DNA from: Mayamaea pseudoterrestris
Taxonomy: Eukaryota
Length of the DNA stretch: 64,000 nucleotides
Assembly: GCA_027923505.1 (NCBI GenBank)
Contig: BROI01000039.1
Location: 62,001 to 126,000 of the forward strand
Direction: 5' to 3'
Below are positions 1 through 12,054 of the stretch, piece after piece. The notes under the pieces are model-generated. The model saw nothing but the letters and a program-made list of their open reading frames with translations. It did not search any database and was not told the DNA's origin. The translations under genes were made by a program, and so were the position numbers. Numbering within the stretch: position 1 is the stretch's first letter; each line of letters starts with the position of its first letter.

Positions 1-111
1 CTTGGCTCGACTGGGCCATGCGCAACTTTTGACAATGAGCCACTTTGCGACCAGGACACGTTTGAAATTGTAGACTTGGAGATTTATGGGTATCTCATCG
101 GACAGTTCTGA
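1..111 (+). CDS. 3' end of a TLDc-domain protein (gene starts before the window)
   Basis: Frame 1 reads LGSTGPCATFDNEPLCDQDTFEIVDLEIYGYLIGQF*. This is the TLDc C-terminal pattern and closely resembles the end of the ORF at 13106 (GTTGHCVTFNNEPLCDETIFAIEDLEVFGFLVGTF). Confidence 0.8.
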   Translation, partial: LGSTGPCATFDNEPLCDQDTFEIVDLEIYGYLIGQF

Positions 112-299
112 CGCGTCTTTTATACTTGATTACGATGAGGTATATCTACGATCTGTCGTTCTTCCGCCCAAGTTATCTTTTGATTTCATTGTCTACGCAA
201 ATATAACTATAAAGTAGGCACTGTGTTTTTATATTTTATGTAATGATGCTTTAAGATTGACGATACAACGCCGGATAAACAGTTTGTAACGCGATTACT

Positions 300-3200
300 T
301 TAACGATTCGCGAGTAAATTCATCTTTTCCGACTCAACCGAGACGAGACGGGTATTCAGTCTGTCATTTTGATCTCTCAAATCCTCATTGTCCATCAAGA
401 GCGTCTCTAACTTCTTGCTTAACTGCATGATCAGCTTAGAATCATTTGCCTGGACACGATCCTTCTCCTTAGTCTCAGACACTACATTCTGAAGTTTGCT
501 GCGTAGACCTAGCAGTTCGTCTTCCTTGTCCTTCAAATCCTCAGAGCCCTGCAGCAGCATCAAGAGGATGCGATCGTACTGCTCGCGCTCCCGATTCAAG
601 GCTGTGTGAACGGCCGCTAGAGGTACCATGATCTCGTCACGATCAGCGTCTTCCATATCAGGGCCGTTTTCGTTGTGCAAACCCGAAATACTGACACCTT
701 CTGAAATCTGCATGTCTGCCAAGATACTGCGTAAACCATTCATTGTATCGTTACGGGCCGACCTTGACTTGAAACGGAAAATGTAAGACCGCGTGGATGC
801 GAGTGGAGTTGGTGTAGCCTTGATGGTCATGAAAAGACTTGCTTGCTCGTTCTCACTCTTAGATGAGCTCTTGCTCTTCGACGATTTTGACGTCTTGCCA
901 GATGAAGAAGGCAGCTCAGTGTGATCGTATCCAGAGCACCCGGCGCGAACCTCTAAGATATCATGCAATGACAAGGGTTCAAGGGCAGTTTTGTCGACAT
1001 GGCGGTTACGACCCATCGCCTTGCTCAGGTACCCACCGCGAAGCATGAAAGTGAGCACCGTCTGTACGAAAAGCTCACCGCGTCGATGCATTTTCATTGT
1101 TACATTTGTCGACTTCAATGAAAACTCATCTGCTTCGCCGCCTGTTTCCGGTGCTCCCTTGTTCAACTGCCACAAGACGACATCGACACCTTCTTCTAAA
1201 TTATGAGCAAACCTTTTCATCCTGATTTCAAAACGATGCACCTCATCTCGCAAAGCTTCCTCCCTTTCCTTGCGACTGCGTATTTCAACCTTCCAACCCA
1301 CAGCAAGAGCGTCATCCACTTCTTGATCCAAATTACCAGCTAAGCCGCGACGAATCATTGGAATAAAGTCCGCTCCAATCTTAGCCAGCATGCTCGGACG
1401 CTGTGTTTCCTCTTTAATCCCGAGCTTCTCAAGTCTAGTTTGGACCTCCAATGGTCGTCCATCTTTCTCTTCCTGGCCAGTAAACTCCGGATCGTCCCTG
1501 AAAATAATACGAATCGAGCGTTAGTTGAATCAGAAATATTATAGGCTGAAACGATGGCGGGGTGCGATGGACGACTATATAAATCCATATGCGGACAGAA
1601 TCTGAAGGTTCTGTTGCAAATGAATAACATGGAAAGTAATATGCATACGATTTCATTTCAACAACTACAAACTGTCGATGCCGGGCAATTCGTATTTCCC
1701 AAGTATCGCTGAATCACCGTGCATCATCCCTGCATGAAAAAGCCCTCGTTGTGACACTCGATCAAATACTTGTGCGGCAGGATTTTGTAATCGAACAATT
1801 ATAGTGCCCACCAAACACAAAAACAGCATGACAACAAAAAGCAAAAGGAGGAGATGTGCATACCTAGGCCCGCCGGTCAAACGCACAAGCGAATAGTTGG
1901 TAACGGATGACAAACGTCACAATCCCAACGAGAGGCTTACCTTTTACCGTCTTCATCAAAGTCGACCGATCCAGCATCTGATACAGCAGACGAAGCTGTT
2001 CCGGATTGCTGCGGCGCCAAAAGAGCGTTGACATCTTCCGAATTGAGACTGACACCGTTAATCGCAGCACGTAGCTTAATAATCTCACCATCAGCATCGC
2101 GGCGCATAAGTCGTTCCTCTTCCAGTTCTTCTTCCAATCTGGCGACTTTCGACATGTGCTCTTGTAGAAGCGCGGGGCTAATGAAACTTTCCGACATCCC
2201 TTCTGGTGCCTCGGATGCCGCAGCAGACGAGACTCGCCGATGAATTGGTGGAGAATCAGGCATTCTCTTGCCCGAGCGGCGGGCAGTGCGGTGCTGTTGC
2301 AACTCTGATTTGTCATGAGCAGCCTCTTGGCTTTGACGTTGTAAATCAGCCTCAAGCTTTTGAACGACCGCCTTCGCCTCATCCAATTCCTTCTCTATTT
2401 CAGCAATCCGTCTCTCCAACTCAGCAATTTGGTCTTCTTTTTCTTTGAGTTCCTTCAAGTGAGCAGCTCCAGCCGCGCTTTCCTTCGCCTGTGCGTTCAA
2501 CATGGCACGAAGAGTTGCCATTTCTTCCTTAAGCTTGACATTGGCATTTTTGAGTTTGCCGACATCCTTCTGTTCCTTCTTGAGCTCTGTCAACGCATGC
2601 AACGCCATTCGGCGGCGAACTGCGCATTGAACTGCAATAATCGCAGACTTGAGCATTCTGTACTTCTTTTGAGCAATGAACTTACGGTAGCCTTGTTGAA
2701 CCACAATCGAAGCTTGTTCTTTTCGGACGTGACGACCACGAAAACGCGCTTGCAGTCTGATACTTCCCCGCCGAGCCCGATTGTATGCACGCCACTTGAC
2801 AAGCATGCGAAAATGGTTCGTAAGGAGATCGCCAGCAGAACCTTGCCGAAGTTGACGCCATCTAAAAGCGGAGCAAAATATCAGTGAGCGACACTAACAT
2901 TGAATACGTGCAACATATTATCTGAACCAACTCACCGTTCCCGTCCTTTCGCGCCTCTGTAACACCGCTGAATAGTTTCAACAGCGTTCTGAATAATATA
3001 AAATAGACGCTGTGCACCGAGTCCACGCGCCCATGACTGGATGACCGTCGCACTAGTGTGCTGATGAAATACGCGATGAGCTTCGAGGCAATCGTGTGGG
3101 TGCTTGCGCATGAACACTTTAGTTAGACCAAGTTGGACATCAGTCTTGGGAAATATCATGGGAAGGGGCTGCATAGCGCGTAAGCGACGAATCTTTTCTG

Positions 3201-5604
3201 AGCGAGTAATTCCAGACTCGCCCGGACTAAGCGGCCCATTTTGGGTTAATTGTTGGTGCTTTTGTCCTTCCTCCAAAGCCACTTCAACCAATTTCACGCA
3301 TAGAACTTGTGCCTTGTCTTCGTCGAAAGCCCAAGGTAGAACGCTATCAGGCGTAGTAGGCAGAAGCATGCGATATCGCTTGTAAAACGACTCATGATAC
3401 ATTCGTACTGGATAGCCAGCACGGGCAACACGGACAGCCTCGAGTACACCACCGTAACGGAGCTGCTCGGTCGTTCTCTTTCTCGTCAAAAGCAAAGGCT
3501 TTGCCGCGTCGTTTGGCTTGATACAACGAATATAATGAGGATCCGTCGTTTGAACGCTCTCAATGAGACTACTCAGCTGCTCTTTAAACTGTTGCCCAAC
3601 AGTTTTCGACTTGGCCTGCTTGCCACCTACTTCGGCGTCGCGTCCTGTGCTGTCCCGCGTTTGAACCGCATATGTGTCCTTGATGAGCTGAGACGGAGCA
3701 GTCTCAAACATTTGAACAGCAGTTAAGGGGATTTCGTCCTTGTTCTTTTCCATGAAATTAGTTTCTGCTCGGTATTCAACAATGCCAGCAAAGTGACGCA
3801 CACAGAAAATAGCCTTTGCTTTCTGAATATTCGTTGCATGAAATCGAGTATTCTCTGAGACAACAGTGTCTTTGCCGGGAACCCATTGCTCATACATTCG
3901 CTTCGACCAGTTGCGATCGCTTCCCTTGGGCAAACGGCATTCATCGTCCAACATGGACAGTATGCCGATTTTGGGAGCTTGAATCGTATCTAAGCAGTCT
4001 TGATTGTCAGGAAACTCAATGAATGCCCACTCGATCTTCTCCGCGTCATACTCAGCTTGTTCTAGCTTGAAGATAAATTGATTGAATTGCTGTTGTAGCG
4101 CTTCGTTTGTGTAATTGATACAAAGCTGCTCGAAGGAATTTATGGCGAAGCACTCGAAACCAAAGATATCAAGAACACCACATGACGACTTGATTTCTGA
4201 ATCATCCTTCCAACCAATACTTTGATTGACCTGATCGACAATCCACAAGAAGAGCGATCCGTACACAGTCTTGGAGAGTGCATCGCGAGCGTCAGCCGCC
4301 CTTTCGGGTGTTAGCTGCGTTTTGATTTCTTGACCACGCGCCAAAATGATACGCTCCGTCAAAGCGAGTCGCAAACGATCCAAATCGACACCGAGTAAGC
4401 GAGCGGAATATTGAAGCACCTTTTCGTCAGCAATTTCTGCCGTCTCCATGCCGTCCTTTTCCACGGAGTTGAATGTAATCTGACCAAGATGCAAAAGCCC
4501 AGCAATAATGCAAAATACTTGATCAATCGTCTCCTCGCTCCATCCAAGCCGTCGCATCGCTTTGATCGTATACTCGTAACCCGACTCGTCGGTGAATTCA
4601 CGCAAGTGCGGCGCTCCACCTTGGCCGGTGTAATGGAAAAAGTTTGGCAAGTCTAATCCTCCGGTAATACCTTCATGAAACTCGTACTTTGCATGGTCCT
4701 CTTCCTTGCAGCCTCGAAGCAGCTGATAAAAGATGTGATAGTTTCGTTCTCCTGCTGCATGAAACGCAAGACGGACCTTCTCCAGCAGATAGGTTTGAAC
4801 CTTCGCGCCTTTCAAATGTCCGGCGCGGTTAAACCCGAGCTCAATGAACTTTCCGAACCGACTCGAGTTATCGTTACGAAGGGTTCGTGCGTTACCAAAA
4901 GCTTCCAAGACAGGATTCGACTGCAGAACTCGTTCCATGACTGATAATTCTCCGCCTTCCTCTTCCGGCGGCGTCTCCTCGCTCCCCGCTCCAAGCGTCG
5001 TCAGGTAAAGCATGACGATCTTGGTCGATTCCGTCTTGCCTGCACCAGACTCTCCGGAAATTAGAATACTCTGAGACTTGCGTGCCTCGCTCATCATTTG
5101 CCGATAGGATCGATCTGCAATGGCAAATACATGCGGCTCTAAATCCTCGCCCGACTGCATGCCTTGAGCGCGCAATAAACCATCGCGCCGATACTGCTCG
5201 AGAATCTCGTTCGTGTAGAGCGCCAGCCGCTGGAAAGGATTGACAGCAATCAGGACAGGGCCCGTCCATGTGTAAATTTTCCCCCGAAAGAAGCGATCGC
5301 TGAGCGAGTGCAAAATAGCCGGTTCATGCAAATGCGGCAAGGTAATCAAGTCATTGTCGCGGCCTTCCTCCTTCTCCTCCTGGCTCAGCGGCGTATTTGC
5401 TAGTTCGACTCCGTCAAACTTCGTTTCACCTGTCTCTTGATTGAGCGTATCGATTCCACGCGTAAATGCCGATTGGCCGTTGAGAGGTTTGAGGGAAAGC
5501 TGGTCCGGTTTGCGTTGAACGACTTCGGCCAAAACCCAAGCCTCATCACCGTCCTTGTCGCGGCACCAAACCTGCGCGCCTGGTTCCATGACTACAAATG
5601 ACAC
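300..5604 (-). CDS. Myosin heavy chain: motor domain, IQ motifs, coiled coil, PH-like/coiled-coil tail. Exons ~5604-2936, 2861-1941, 1497-300.
   Basis: P-loop GESGAGKT, LEAFGNARTLRNDNSSRFGKF, DIFGFE, HYIRCIKPN and IQ motifs (IQSWARG, LQARFRG). GT-AG introns 2935-2862 and 1940-1498 join the three ORFs in frame. Confidence 0.95.
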
Positions 5605-5932
5605 TTGCTGCTCTTAGATTAAAGCAGACTATGTACTTGCGATGCTGTACTTCCTATATGAGAGACACGACTTGCACCGCCATCGCCATGGTCGAGACGA
5701 GTTGCACAAGGCGCGGCGGCGATCGGCCGCGCCAACCAGAAACCGTCAGCGACGTGGCGCACTGTGCCGCAGAGAGTACAACCAAGCGTTGAGCCTCACA
5801 TGACCGCACAATCCAAGTGTGCCGCAAACCCGGAGAGCCTGGGGAGATTGATGGTGCGACAAGCCGACTGCCTTTCATTTTTCAAAGCAAACCACACGAC
5901 GCAAAGCATCAACAAGCAAGCGTCTGTTAGTC

Positions 5933-6465
5933 ATGTCGAATTCGAATTACCCTCCAACACTGCATAACCATATTCTGCATTTACTGGAGGATCAGAAGCA
6001 GCAGCGCGAGGAGATTCCCGACAGGAAACGATTCGGCGTCTCGGCCGCAAGTTTACTTCTTACACACAAGAAACGGCGGCTGACTGAGACGAAACTTCCT
6101 TTTGAACAAGGGAAGGAAGAATTGAGCGAATCCGTAGTGGGAGAAGATGCCGAGGCTAAAGCTATGGATGTTCCTGATATGGCCTATTATCAAAAACTAA
6201 AGGATGAATGTCAACGCCAAGAACGCGAGCAGGAGCAGTGGGCTCGAGAACGACTGGAAAAGGTTCATGACCTGCGAAAGGTGTACCTATTCGGCCTCTC
6301 AAAAGTGTGAGTGAGCTAGAAAAGCCGAAATGATGCTTTTTGCAAGCGAAACGTCTCTAATCATCATGTTGTCTGTCTCACAGATCGGCTCTGCAAGACC
6401 TTCGGACTGCTCCAGACGCTATATTGCCTGGAAACATCGTACAGCCGCAGAAGAAGAAGAAGTAA
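5933..6465 (+). CDS. Small hypothetical charged/coiled-coil protein, 2 exons (intron 6307-6383), copy 1
   Basis: 125-aa ORF; a GTGAGT...CAG intron extends it in frame to ...VSALQDLRTAPDAILPGNIVQPQKKKK*. Confidence 0.6.
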
Positions 6466-6689
6466 ATATGTATTTACATTACTTAATTACAGTTGCTTCC
6501 TCCGTACAGTCAGGAAAAGCGCGACATGGTTGCCATCATCGTCGGCGCCCGCCAGCATGTTTGTGGTGAGCGACTTGCCTTTCGTCGAGTCACCTGTCTT
6601 AGCAACGCCTCCACATACCTTCACGCCATTCATAGATAATTCTAAATAATTGTAAATCTTTCTAATGCAACCAATTGGAGCTGTAGGGA

Positions 6690-6960
6690 TGCTTACGTAG
6701 CGCTTGACTCGTCTTTGTAACGGCGAGCTGAACATCAACCGGAAACCATTCATATACTCCTTCGCCCTCGCTGCCTCATCACATCATGAACCTTTGTCCA
6801 CGGTTCATTATTGTTTAGAAAATGCTTTGGCCAATTAGTATGCGATAGCGTTTTGGAACGCTTCGATAGATAGTCTTGCAACAAGCCGACACATACTTGG
6901 ATGTATTGTGTTCCTCTCACGCTTCTTGATCAGAGCGCCTCTTCCACAGAGAATGCCTCG
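6690..6960 (-). pseudogene. Degraded DUF6824-type domain remnant, copy 1
   Basis: Minus-strand fragments ILCGRG...HP, GQRFM and EWFPVDVQLAVTKTSQALR fit the diatom-expanded DUF6824 pattern (LCGRG...GGRFL...W..V...A..K.SQALR). They are interrupted by stops (TAA, TGA TGA) and a frameshift. Confidence 0.55.
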
Positions 6961-7639
6961 ATTAGTGTACGGTAACGATACTGAGTCTTTGCCAGTAAGA
7001 GATTCTGTTGTTGAGTGCTGCAAGGGTGCATGGTTGCCGCTGTATCGTGGTGGGCAACCAGCGGATGAACATGATTCACCGTGGGTTGTATAATGGAAGA
7101 AATGATGCCGGAACATCGTGTTTTCCCGTTATCTTGTTTCCGTTGTTTGATATCGCAAGAGATTGGCCTCAAAGAGCAAGCTAAGGCCTGCCCCTCTTGT
7201 GCCTGCAACCGATTCGTCAACTATACACGTTGGTTTGTCCGCCATATTCCATATTCAACTCAATGCACGCGGTCGCTTCCATTGGCACGCAGCATAGTTC
7301 GAATTGATGCCTGGCTGCTCGTTGACATGGCAGCTGGTTAATGTGTTGGCGCCGAGAGTTGCATGTTCTGCGTACTTTGGAAGAAATACGAGATAATGAC
7401 GAATGGCGAGGCATCGTCGTCGTCGCCGCCAGCGAATCATGCATTGGGTCTACAAAATCCGACATGCCGCTAAACATTGTTTTAATTTCACCACGTTTTC
7501 CGAGGCTCAGCCAGTGACAAACTCCTTTCTTGCTGCCGATGTGCTCAGGTCGATCCGCCACCAAGTGGTTCATGGATCTTGGATGATGGCGAGAATCTTT
7601 CGCGATACATCGTCACAGCGGTTCTGCATGGCTATTGTC

Positions 7640-8017
7640 TTGTGACGCAGTTTTCACTGGCACTTGTTTCGTATTATTGCCTCAATGACGTAGTTTTCAC
7701 TGGAACTCGTTTCGTATTATTACCTCAATGACGTCGTTTTCACTGGCACTCGTTTCGAACTATTGCCTCATGACGTATTTGACACTGGCACTCGTTTCGT
7801 AATATTGCCTTAAAACGTATTTGACACTGGCACTCGTAACAACTATTGCCTTGTGACGGGATTGAAAATATCACTCGTTTGACTATTGCCTTGTGACGTA
7901 ATTGACACTGGCACTTGTTTCGTACTATCGCCTTGTGACGTAATTGACACTGGCACTCGTTTCGTATTATTGCCTTTTGACGTAATTGACACTGGCACTC
8001 GTTTCGCGTTGACGTCA
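7640..8017. repeat. ~42-bp minisatellite (~9 units, consensus TGACGTAATTGACACTGGCACTCGTTTCGTAYTATTGCCTTG), copy 1
   Basis: Visible tandem units. TGACGT occurs at 7686, 7729, 7771, 7894, 7936, 7978 and 8010, with 42-43 bp spacing between adjacent intact units. Confidence 0.9.
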
Positions 8018-8116
8018 TCAACGGTTTTGCATGCCAACGTCTCGACCATGGCACAAATTCACCGCAACACGCCTCGCGTCCTACTCTCACTTGCAGGGCT
8101 ACTGTAATCTACCACC

Positions 8117-9024
8117 ATGCCTACATCGTACAAAAATTCATTCACGGCTAGTCTCCGTGAACGCCTCCATCTCGATCGCTCTCGCATTACCGAATGGGCC
8201 GAGCATGAAAAGGAGCATATTGACGTTCTAGCCGAGCGCCATCGATCGCAGGCCATGGAAAAGCAGGCATCCTTGGATGCATCCATGACGCAATATTTGA
8301 CGCTTAAAATGCAAGCCGACTGCAAGGTCCAGGAAGCGGTTCAGGCTCAGGGAACTATTGAAGAGTTGCAAGGGCAATCAGAGGAGCGGTCGCATGAGAT
8401 TGCTGCTCTTGAAGACAAATTAAACGAGCACCAAACAGCAATGCGGGGTAAGGAAAAAGGAAGTAAATTGGAATAAATGTAGATTGGCTCAGAATCTCAT
8501 ATTGCTTGGATTATATCTGTCTCTCCAGAACTCCGACTGGATTTGATTGACGAGAAGCATGCTGTCCAGTCGGCTAGACGAGGTTTGGAGGAAACGCAGA
8601 CGAGCCCCAACGCGGAGCTTGACATAATTCAGCGACATATCAAGCGCTTCAATTTTCTTGGTATTGATTTTGAGAGTTCCGAGAACAGCGTATTGCGGTG
8701 AGTGCCTTTGATTCACCTCCTGCTTGTGTGGCTGACTCCGTAACCTTTTTCAACACGAATTTGTACTAACGCGCACCCTTCTCTTGCCGCAGTTTCATCT
8801 TTACTCTCATTGATCCCAATAATCCTGAAAAAGAGTTTTGGATAAAACTGACAACCAACGACGAGGATGACTGGGTAGTCACGGATTACGAGCCGGGCTT
8901 ACACGAAGCTTTGGTCGATGAATGCTTGAACGAATTGAATGACGTCGGAGATGGACTACTGCAGTTTGTCAGGAGCATACGCCAACTCTTTGTTGCGAGC
9001 ATAAACAACAAAGAGGAGGAGTGA
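8117..9024 (+). CDS. SPC25: Kinetochore Ndc80-complex subunit Spc25, 3 exons (introns 8448-8528, 8698-8792), copy 1
   Basis: N-terminal coiled coil. The spliced C-terminus FLGIDFESSENSVLRFIFTLIDPNNPEKEFWIKL...WVVTDYEPGL...LNELND..DGLLQFVRSIRQLF matches the Spc25 RWD pattern. TACTAAC branch point at 8764. Confidence 0.85.
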
Positions 9025-9167
9025 TGGACACAATGTAGCGTTGCATGTGTAACTGCATTTGCAGGTTGTCGTCGGCAGCAAATACGAAGCTTACGTGCAG
9101 TAGATAATTATTAATGGTTTTGAATTATATGCTTGCAAGTTTTTGGTAGTAGCTGGGTTTCTATTAT

Positions 9168-9743
9168 TCAAAAGGTTCCGACAAGGAAACCAAAAACCTC
9201 CAAGTCTTCAATAGCAAAGATTGTCTCATCACACAAGGGCTCGTTGTTGAACGTGACGCAATGGCCAGTCGTACCGATCTGGAAGTGCCGCTCAATCACC
9301 AAGCCAAATGCAGTCTGTCCAAGGTCATCGCTGCCTCCTCCAAAAGCTATCCGTTGATTATTTGCATCGCATAGTTGTACAAACCGATTGACGCCGGACC
9401 ATTTATACGGAATGACAGTGCCGTCATACATCTTGTACAAACAGGCCGATGGACCGCCAACAAATTGAGGTGCGTTCTGCCATTCAGCATCGGCAAACGC
9501 CCCTAACAAGGACCCCTTGGTGGTCCGAATAACGATCAGTGTACGAGACTGACCCTTGACGCACTCCATAAAGGCCGCGAAGGAATCTCCGTCGCGCGAG
9601 AGGCGATACAGTCGTCTCCATGGACAGTAAGTAATTCCCTTTGGTATGATCAGCTCAGCGATTTGCTGCATCTCTTTGGTGGAAAGCAGGTACGCATACT
9701 GATCATCATCATTGTCTTTCACGACGCGGACAGGAGGAATGTA
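9168..9743 (-). pseudogene. 5'-truncated duplicate of the TLDc half of the ALG8-TLDc ORF, created by the duplication breakpoint
   Basis: Identical to 13106-13681. The upstream in-frame sequence comes from the start of duplication copy 2, not from ALG8. Confidence 0.75.
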
Positions 9744-9870
9744 GCACAATCCAAGTGTGCCGCAAACCCGGAGAGCCTGGGGAGATTGATGGTGCGACAA
9801 GCCGACTGCCTTTCATTTTTCAAAGCAAACCACACGACGCAAAGCATCAACAAGCAAGCGTCTGTTAGTC

Positions 9871-10403
9871 ATGTCGAATTCGAATTACCCTCCAACACTG
9901 CATAACCATATTCTGCATTTACTGGAGGATCAGAAGCAGCAGCGCGAGGAGATTCCCGACAGGAAACGATTCGGCGTCTCGGCCGCAAGTTTACTTCTTA
10001 CACACAAGAAACGGCGGCTGACTGAGACGAAACTTCCTTTTGAACAAGGGAAGGAAGAATTGAGCGAATCCGTAGTGGGAGAAGATGCCGAGGCTAAAGC
10101 TATGGATGTTCCTGATATGGCCTATTATCAAAAACTAAAGGATGAATGTCAACGCCAAGAACGCGAGCAGGAGCAGTGGGCTCGAGAACGACTGGAAAAG
10201 GTTCATGACCTGCGAAAGGTGTACCTATTCGGCCTCTCAAAAGTGTGAGTGAGCTAGAAAAGCCGAAATGATGCTTTTTGCAAGCGAAACGTCTCTAATC
10301 ATCATGTTGTCTGTCTCACAGATCGGCTCTGCAAGACCTTCGGACTGCTCCAGACGCTATATTGCCTGGAAACATCGTACAGCCGCAGAAGAAGAAGAAG
10401 TAA
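9871..10403 (+). CDS. Small hypothetical protein, copy 2
   Basis: Identical to 5933-6465 (+3938). Confidence 0.6.
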
Positions 10404-10627
10404 ATATGTATTTACATTACTTAATTACAGTTGCTTCCTCCGTACAGTCAGGAAAAGCGCGACATGGTTGCCATCATCGTCGGCGCCCGCCAGCATGTTT
10501 GTGGTGAGCGACTTGCCTTTCGTCGAGTCACCTGTCTTAGCAACGCCTCCACATACCTTCACGCCATTCATAGATAATTCTAAATAATTGTAAATCTTTC
10601 TAATGCAACCAATTGGAGCTGTAGGGA

Positions 10628-10898
10628 TGCTTACGTAGCGCTTGACTCGTCTTTGTAACGGCGAGCTGAACATCAACCGGAAACCATTCATATACTCCTT
10701 CGCCCTCGCTGCCTCATCACATCATGAACCTTTGTCCACGGTTCATTATTGTTTAGAAAATGCTTTGGCCAATTAGTATGCGATAGCGTTTTGGAACGCT
10801 TCGATAGATAGTCTTGCAACAAGCCGACACATACTTGGATGTATTGTGTTCCTCTCACGCTTCTTGATCAGAGCGCCTCTTCCACAGAGAATGCCTCG
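10628..10898 (-). pseudogene. Degraded DUF6824-type remnant, copy 2
   Basis: Identical to 6690-6960 (+3938). Confidence 0.55.
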
Positions 10899-11577
10899 AT
10901 TAGTGTACGGTAACGATACTGAGTCTTTGCCAGTAAGAGATTCTGTTGTTGAGTGCTGCAAGGGTGCATGGTTGCCGCTGTATCGTGGTGGGCAACCAGC
11001 GGATGAACATGATTCACCGTGGGTTGTATAATGGAAGAAATGATGCCGGAACATCGTGTTTTCCCGTTATCTTGTTTCCGTTGTTTGATATCGCAAGAGA
11101 TTGGCCTCAAAGAGCAAGCTAAGGCCTGCCCCTCTTGTGCCTGCAACCGATTCGTCAACTATACACGTTGGTTTGTCCGCCATATTCCATATTCAACTCA
11201 ATGCACGCGGTCGCTTCCATTGGCACGCAGCATAGTTCGAATTGATGCCTGGCTGCTCGTTGACATGGCAGCTGGTTAATGTGTTGGCGCCGAGAGTTGC
11301 ATGTTCTGCGTACTTTGGAAGAAATACGAGATAATGACGAATGGCGAGGCATCGTCGTCGTCGCCGCCAGCGAATCATGCATTGGGTCTACAAAATCCGA
11401 CATGCCGCTAAACATTGTTTTAATTTCACCACGTTTTCCGAGGCTCAGCCAGTGACAAACTCCTTTCTTGCTGCCGATGTGCTCAGGTCGATCCGCCACC
11501 AAGTGGTTCATGGATCTTGGATGATGGCGAGAATCTTTCGCGATACATCGTCACAGCGGTTCTGCATGGCTATTGTC

Positions 11578-11955
11578 TTGTGACGCAGTTTTCACTGGCA
11601 CTTGTTTCGTATTATTGCCTCAATGACGTAGTTTTCACTGGAACTCGTTTCGTATTATTACCTCAATGACGTCGTTTTCACTGGCACTCGTTTCGAACTA
11701 TTGCCTCATGACGTATTTGACACTGGCACTCGTTTCGTAATATTGCCTTAAAACGTATTTGACACTGGCACTCGTAACAACTATTGCCTTGTGACGGGAT
11801 TGAAAATATCACTCGTTTGACTATTGCCTTGTGACGTAATTGACACTGGCACTTGTTTCGTACTATCGCCTTGTGACGTAATTGACACTGGCACTCGTTT
11901 CGTATTATTGCCTTTTGACGTAATTGACACTGGCACTCGTTTCGCGTTGACGTCA
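11578..11955. repeat. ~42-bp minisatellite, copy 2
   Basis: Identical to 7640-8017. Confidence 0.9.
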
Positions 11956-12054
11956 TCAACGGTTTTGCATGCCAACGTCTCGACCATGGCACAAATTCAC
12001 CGCAACACGCCTCGCGTCCTACTCTCACTTGCAGGGCTACTGTAATCTACCACC

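Larger units (their letters stand above)
5806..9743. repeat. Tandem segmental duplication, copy 1 (3,938 bp)
   Basis: All ORFs recur at exactly +3938 with identical translations (5933/9871, 8117/12055, 9133/13071). Junction at 9744 has a 1-nt G microhomology. Confidence 0.95.

Noticed and set aside
7640..8017. CRISPR-like array or a repeat protein (RNECQCQ...)
   Set aside because: Contiguous degenerate units without spacers. Unit lengths of 42-43 bp break the reading frame.
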